Shown piece after piece: positions 38,981 through 42,701 of a stretch of DNA of 42,701 nucleotides (the first letter of the stretch is position 1; each line of letters starts with the position of its first letter). The notes under the pieces were generated by a model. It did not search any database, was not told the origin of the DNA, and worked only from the letters and a program-made list of their open reading frames with translations. Source of the stretch: Planctomycetaceae bacterium (lineage in GTDB: Bacteria > Planctomycetota > Planctomycetia > Pirellulales > Thermoguttaceae); contig JAITDV010000477.1 of NCBI GenBank assembly GCA_031282385.1, positions 1 to 42,701 of the forward strand, in the 5' to 3' direction. The position numbers and the translations under genes were made by a program.

Positions 38981-41518
38981 ATGAACCGTATATTATTTTT
39001 TACAACGTTTATTATTTTATTTGGGATGAATTTCTTGCCGGTTGCGATTGTTTTTGCGCAGTCGCGTGATCCGAAAATCGCGTATATTTATCCGGCGGGC
39101 GGGCAACGCGGAACAACATTTGAGGCGTTACTTGGCGGTAGATTGATTACCAAGCCGGTTGATGTATTAATTTCGGGCAACGGTGTTCGTGCAAAAATTG
39201 TAAAAAGTGTTAACGGTGTTGTCATCAATGATCAAGCAGCCAATAAAGTTGCAAGAGACATTTACGACGACGCAAAAAAACAACTCGAAGCCAATTCATT
39301 GCCGAATAAAAATGAGACAAAAAAACAAATTCGCAACGAAAATTCAGATTCAAAACAAGAAAGTAAAATCGACAAAAAGATTTCTGATAACAAAAATTCT
39401 GAAGAAGTGGAGTTACCGTCTCGTAATGAGATTATGCAGAAGTATTTGTATTTTGACCGTCTTTTGCAACCTTCGGCGGATGATTTGCAATTTATTTTTT
39501 ACGAATATTTTTCACCGCGTCCGAACAAGAGACCGGTTGAAGGAATGACGCAAGGCGTGGTGATTGAGGTAACGATTGATGCGGATGCTGTGATTGGCGA
39601 GCGGGAGTTGCGTTTGTTTACTGCAACCGGAATGACTAAGCCGATCAAGTTTATTGTTAGTGATATTCGTGAAGTGCGTGAGTTTGAGCCGAATGATTTT
39701 GATGCGGTGCCGAATAAACAGTTTGAGGCGATGGGTCAAATACGTTCAGATATTTTACCGAAAAATTTACGTTGTCTTGAACCGCAAGACTTACCGGTGA
39801 TTTTCAATGGTCAGATTCGCAATGGCGATGTTGATCGTTTTTCTTTTAGGGCGGTTGCCGGACAAAAGGTAGTTATTGGAGTGCAAGCTCGTCAATTGAT
39901 TCCTTATCTTGCGGATGCGGTTCCGGGTTGGTTTCAAGCGGCGGTAACGCTTTTTGATTCGGCGGGCAAAAAAATTACTTCGGCGGCGTCGTATCGTTTT
40001 AATCCTGATCCGGTGATTTTTTTCGACGTACCTCAAAGCGGGATTTATCAAGTTGAGGTTAGGGATTCGGTTTTTCGCGGGCGTGATGATTTTGTGTATC
40101 GTTTATCGGTTGGGGAGACTGCTGTTGTTACGTCAATTTTTCCGTTGGGCGGTAAGTCGGGAACACCGACAACCGCTCAGATTGAAGGTTGGAATTTACC
40201 GTCGAAAACAGTACGTTTTGATACCAACCCCGATAAAAAAGGAGTCCAAACAATATCCGTGTTGCACAAAAAAACGTTATTGAATCCGATACATTATGTT
40301 GTTGATGATTTACCGGAGTTGGTAGAGTTGGAATCGAATGACCGTATGGAGTCGGCGCAAAAAATAAAGTTACCGGTTGTTGTCAATGGTCGGATTGATT
40401 CGCGAAGAGATGTTGATTATTTTTCGTTTGCGGGCAAGTCGGGTGAAACGGTAATGCTTGACGTTATGGCGTTATCGCTTGGATCGCCGTTGGATTTAAG
40501 TTTGGAAGTTTTGGATTCGGCGGGCAAATTTGTTGCGGGAAACGATGATCATGCCGGAAGTGATGGATTGAATGTTGGATTGGAAACGCATCATGCGGAT
40601 CCGTATTTAGTGTTTCGGATTCCGGTTGATGGGATTTATTTTGTCAGGTTATGCAATTTACTACAGGAAGGCGGCAAAGAATTTTCTTACAGAATTAACG
40701 TTACAAATAAACGGAATAAAGTTACCGTTTACACAGAAACGTCAACTCTAAACTTACAGGCGGCAACACAATCAATTAAATTTTTCGCGGACAGACGCGG
40801 CGGATTTGATGGGGAAATAAGAGTAAGGTTGGCGGAAAATCAATCGGATGAATTTATTTTGGATGGTACAAAATTTCAACGTGATTCCGATGAAGTTGTG
40901 GGAACGTTATCGGTTTTGAATTTTAGCGGTGCTGGTAAATTTGTTCCGGTTTTTTTTGAGGCTGTTCTTGAAACGGCGAATGGCGAAGAGGTTTTTCCTG
41001 TTATTGCAACGGATGATTTTGAGCAAGCGTTTATTTATCATCATTTGGTACCGGCGGAGAATTTTTTTGTTGTGAGACCGCGAAACTGGCAGATACAGCG
41101 AAGTTTAGGATTTGCTTTTAAGGAAGTTATTGATAACGAGAGGAATGAATTATTTTTTATTACGTTAATTCAGGGCGGTAAATCTGAACTTCGTTTACCG
41201 TTTGGCGGCAAGTCGGCGGGGAAGAATAATATCAAAGAAAACAAAGAACGAAAAAAAACGTCGGCGATTACTTTTCCGCAAGATGATTTGAACAAAGTTT
41301 CGTTTATGTTATCAGAACCGCCGGAGGGAATAACGTTGGAGAAAGCGAGTTTCGACAAAAAGGAATTAAAACTAACTTTCGCCGCAACAAAATCAATCAA
41401 AAAAAACACAACCGGAAATATTATCGTCAACATAAATTTCCAACCCGATAAAAACAAACCAACAACTCAATCACTAGGAACATTACCGGCAATAAAATTC
41501 AAAATAAATAACCCGTAA
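38981..41518 (+). CDS. secreted hypothetical protein with two pre-peptidase C-terminal (PPC)-like domains
   Basis: Signal peptide. Two units of the pattern EPND/ESND...NG(Q/R)I...DVD(R/Y)FSF...G...V, as in PPC domains. A K/N/E-rich low-complexity insert lies at about aa 75-150. Confidence 0.55.
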   Translation: MNRILFFTTFIILFGMNFLPVAIVFAQSRDPKIAYIYPAGGQRGTTFEALLGGRLITKPVDVLISGNGVRAKIVKSVNGVVINDQAANKVARDIYDDAKKQLEANSLPNKNETKKQIRNENSDSKQESKIDKKISDNKNSEEVELPSRNEIMQKYLYFDRLLQPSADDLQFIFYEYFSPRPNKRPVEGMTQGVVIEVTIDADAVIGERELRLFTATGMTKPIKFIVSDIREVREFEPNDFDAVPNKQFEAMGQIRSDILPKNLRCLEPQDLPVIFNGQIRNGDVDRFSFRAVAGQKVVIGVQARQLIPYLADAVPGWFQAAVTLFDSAGKKITSAASYRFNPDPVIFFDVPQSGIYQVEVRDSVFRGRDDFVYRLSVGETAVVTSIFPLGGKSGTPTTAQIEGWNLPSKTVRFDTNPDKKGVQTISVLHKKTLLNPIHYVVDDLPELVELESNDRMESAQKIKLPVVVNGRIDSRRDVDYFSFAGKSGETVMLDVMALSLGSPLDLSLEVLDSAGKFVAGNDDHAGSDGLNVGLETHHADPYLVFRIPVDGIYFVRLCNLLQEGGKEFSYRINVTNKRNKVTVYTETSTLNLQAATQSIKFFADRRGGFDGEIRVRLAENQSDEFILDGTKFQRDSDEVVGTLSVLNFSGAGKFVPVFFEAVLETANGEEVFPVIATDDFEQAFIYHHLVPAENFFVVRPRNWQIQRSLGFAFKEVIDNERNELFFITLIQGGKSELRLPFGGKSAGKNNIKENKERKKTSAITFPQDDLNKVSFMLSEPPEGITLEKASFDKKELKLTFAATKSIKKNTTGNIIVNINFQPDKNKPTTQSLGTLPAIKFKINNP

Positions 41519-41600
41519 ATTTTCCAAAATCCGCCGTATCAAATATTTTGTTTTTTGTTGTGTATTTTGAAGAAGGATTGGCAAGTTTAGACAATAATTT

Positions 41601-41669
41601 ATTTTATCCGCGAATTTGCACAAATTATTTAATTCGTGATCTTTCGTGAAAATTCGTGGATAAAATGAG
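41601..41669 (+). repeat. R3 repeat between two convergent genes
   Basis: ATTTTATCCGCGAATTTGCACAAATTATTTAATTCGTGATCTTTCGTGAAAATTCGTGGATAAAATGAG, with three TCGTG(A/G) motifs exactly 10 bp apart. Confidence 0.7.
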
Positions 41670-41696
41670 TTTTTAGAAGTTCCATTTGGTAATTTT

Positions 41697-42701
41697 TTAG
41701 AATAAACCTGTGATTTGGTTGTTGTCATTGATGTCTATTCTTTCTGCTGCCGGAGATCGGGATAAACCCGGCATTGTCATAATGTCGCCCGTCAACACAA
41801 CAACAAATCCTGCACCTGCTGAAATTTTTGCATCGCGAACAGGTACCGTAAATCCAGACGGACAACCTCGTAACGTAGGATCAGTTGAAAATGAATACTG
41901 CGTCTTGGCAATACAAATCGGTAACTTGTCAAATCCAAGTTCGCTGAATTGATCAAATTTCTTCTTAACATTTTTGTCAATATCAATTCCAGACGCACCA
42001 TAAATTTTACGGCAAACCGTTTCAACTTTTTCCAATAACGGCATCTCATCAGGATAAAGTAATTTAAATTCTTGCGTTTTATTTGACGCCGCATTTGCTG
42101 TCGCCTCCGCAACCTCTTCCGCACCTGCACTGCCCAAAGCCCAATGATTTGCGCGTATTGCACGAACTCCGATTGCTGTTGATTTGTCGATCAATAGTTG
42201 TGTTTCTTCATCCGTATCACTTGGGAATGCGTTTATGGCAACAACTACCGGCAATCCGTATTGCAACATGTTTCCTACATGTTTGGACAAATTCACAAAA
42301 CCCGTTTCCAACGCTTTAAGATTCGGAATTTGCAAATCTTTTACATCAACACCGCCATGATATTTCAAAGCGCGTACGGTTGCGACTATAACTACGGCGT
42401 CAGGTTTAAGTCCGGCTTGTCTGCATTTAATATCAAAAAATTTCTCCGCACCCAAATCTGCACCGAAACCGGCTTCGGTAACAACGAAATCTGAATTTTT
42501 TATTGCGAATTTTGTTGCAAGAATTGAGTTGCAGCCGTGAGCGATATTGGCAAAAGGACCGCCGTGAATGATGGCGGGATTACCTTCGAGTGTTTGGACA
42601 AGATTTGGTTTCAAAGCATCGCGTAACAACACTGCCATTGCGCCGTCTGCTTTCAAATTTGCTGCCGATACGGGTTCGCCGTTATTCTTTTTGTAACCGA
42701 T
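41697..42701 (-). CDS. fhs: formate--tetrahydrofolate ligase (partial; N-terminus lies beyond the window end)
   Basis: [21 protein letters not shown] and the C-terminal ITGLF are typical of Fhs. The frame stays open to the window edge. Confidence 0.9.
   Translation of the reverse strand: MGYKKNNGEPVSAANLKADGAMAVLLRDALKPNLVQTLEGNPAIIHGGPFANIAHGCNSILATKFAIKNSDFVVTEAGFGADLGAEKFFDIKCRQAGLKPDAVVIVATVRALKYHGGVDVKDLQIPNLKALETGFVNLSKHVGNMLQYGLPVVVAINAFPSDTDEETQLLIDKSTAIGVRAIRANHWALGSAGAEEVAEATANAASNKTQEFKLLYPDEMPLLEKVETVCRKIYGASGIDIDKNVKKKFDQFSELGFDKLPICIAKTQYSFSTDPTLRGCPSGFTVPVRDAKISAGAGFVVVLTGDIMTMPGLSRSPAAERIDINDNNQITGLF

Noticed and set aside
41483-41728. 81-aa minus-strand ORF overlapping the fhs stop region
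   Set aside because: It spans the R3 repeat and intergenic DNA, has no SD, and overlaps the 3' end of fhs.

Overview
42.7-kb low-GC chromosomal fragment, probably from an anaerobic PVC-group (Planctomycetota-like) bacterium. The placement rests on prepilin-type DUF1559 proteins, a DUF1549/DUF1553 protein and a Tat-signal DUF1501 protein, alongside hydF, fhs and a YitJ-type homocysteine methyltransferase/MTHFR fusion. I support 25 CDS and one tRNA-Pro: housekeeping genes (rpmE, infC, deoC, ispF), sensory/regulatory genes (hybrid histidine kinase, FHA-GAF sigma-54 activator) and secreted or envelope proteins. I see no CRISPR array, transposase, integrase, reverse transcriptase or recognisable canonical defence operon. 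The unusual content is mostly non-genic. (1) Two unrelated miniature inverted-repeat element families at very high density. M1 is ~107 bp, TA-flanked, with a compensated hairpin and about 21 copies or fragments. M2 is ~165 bp with a long G/C hairpin, 12 copies and matched 3-bp target duplications. There is one M2-in-M1 nesting, one M2 copy that supplies the stop codon of a transporter gene, and a likely in-frame M1 relic inside an enzyme gene. (2) A 2.4-kb gene-free island (24.3-26.7 kb) holds a 14-unit, 21-bp phased direct-repeat array, five M2 copies and an 8 x 21-nt G-tract expansion. (3) A G13 homopolymer separates an SD+ATG from a DUF1559 prepilin-like ORF by one frame. (4) Two mirror-image synonymous-site regimes (NNG/NNT versus NNC/NNA) alternate in blocks, including inside single genes. 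(5) A small operator-like repeat (R3) recurs just upstream of genes. All functional calls are motif recognition by eye; no searches were run.
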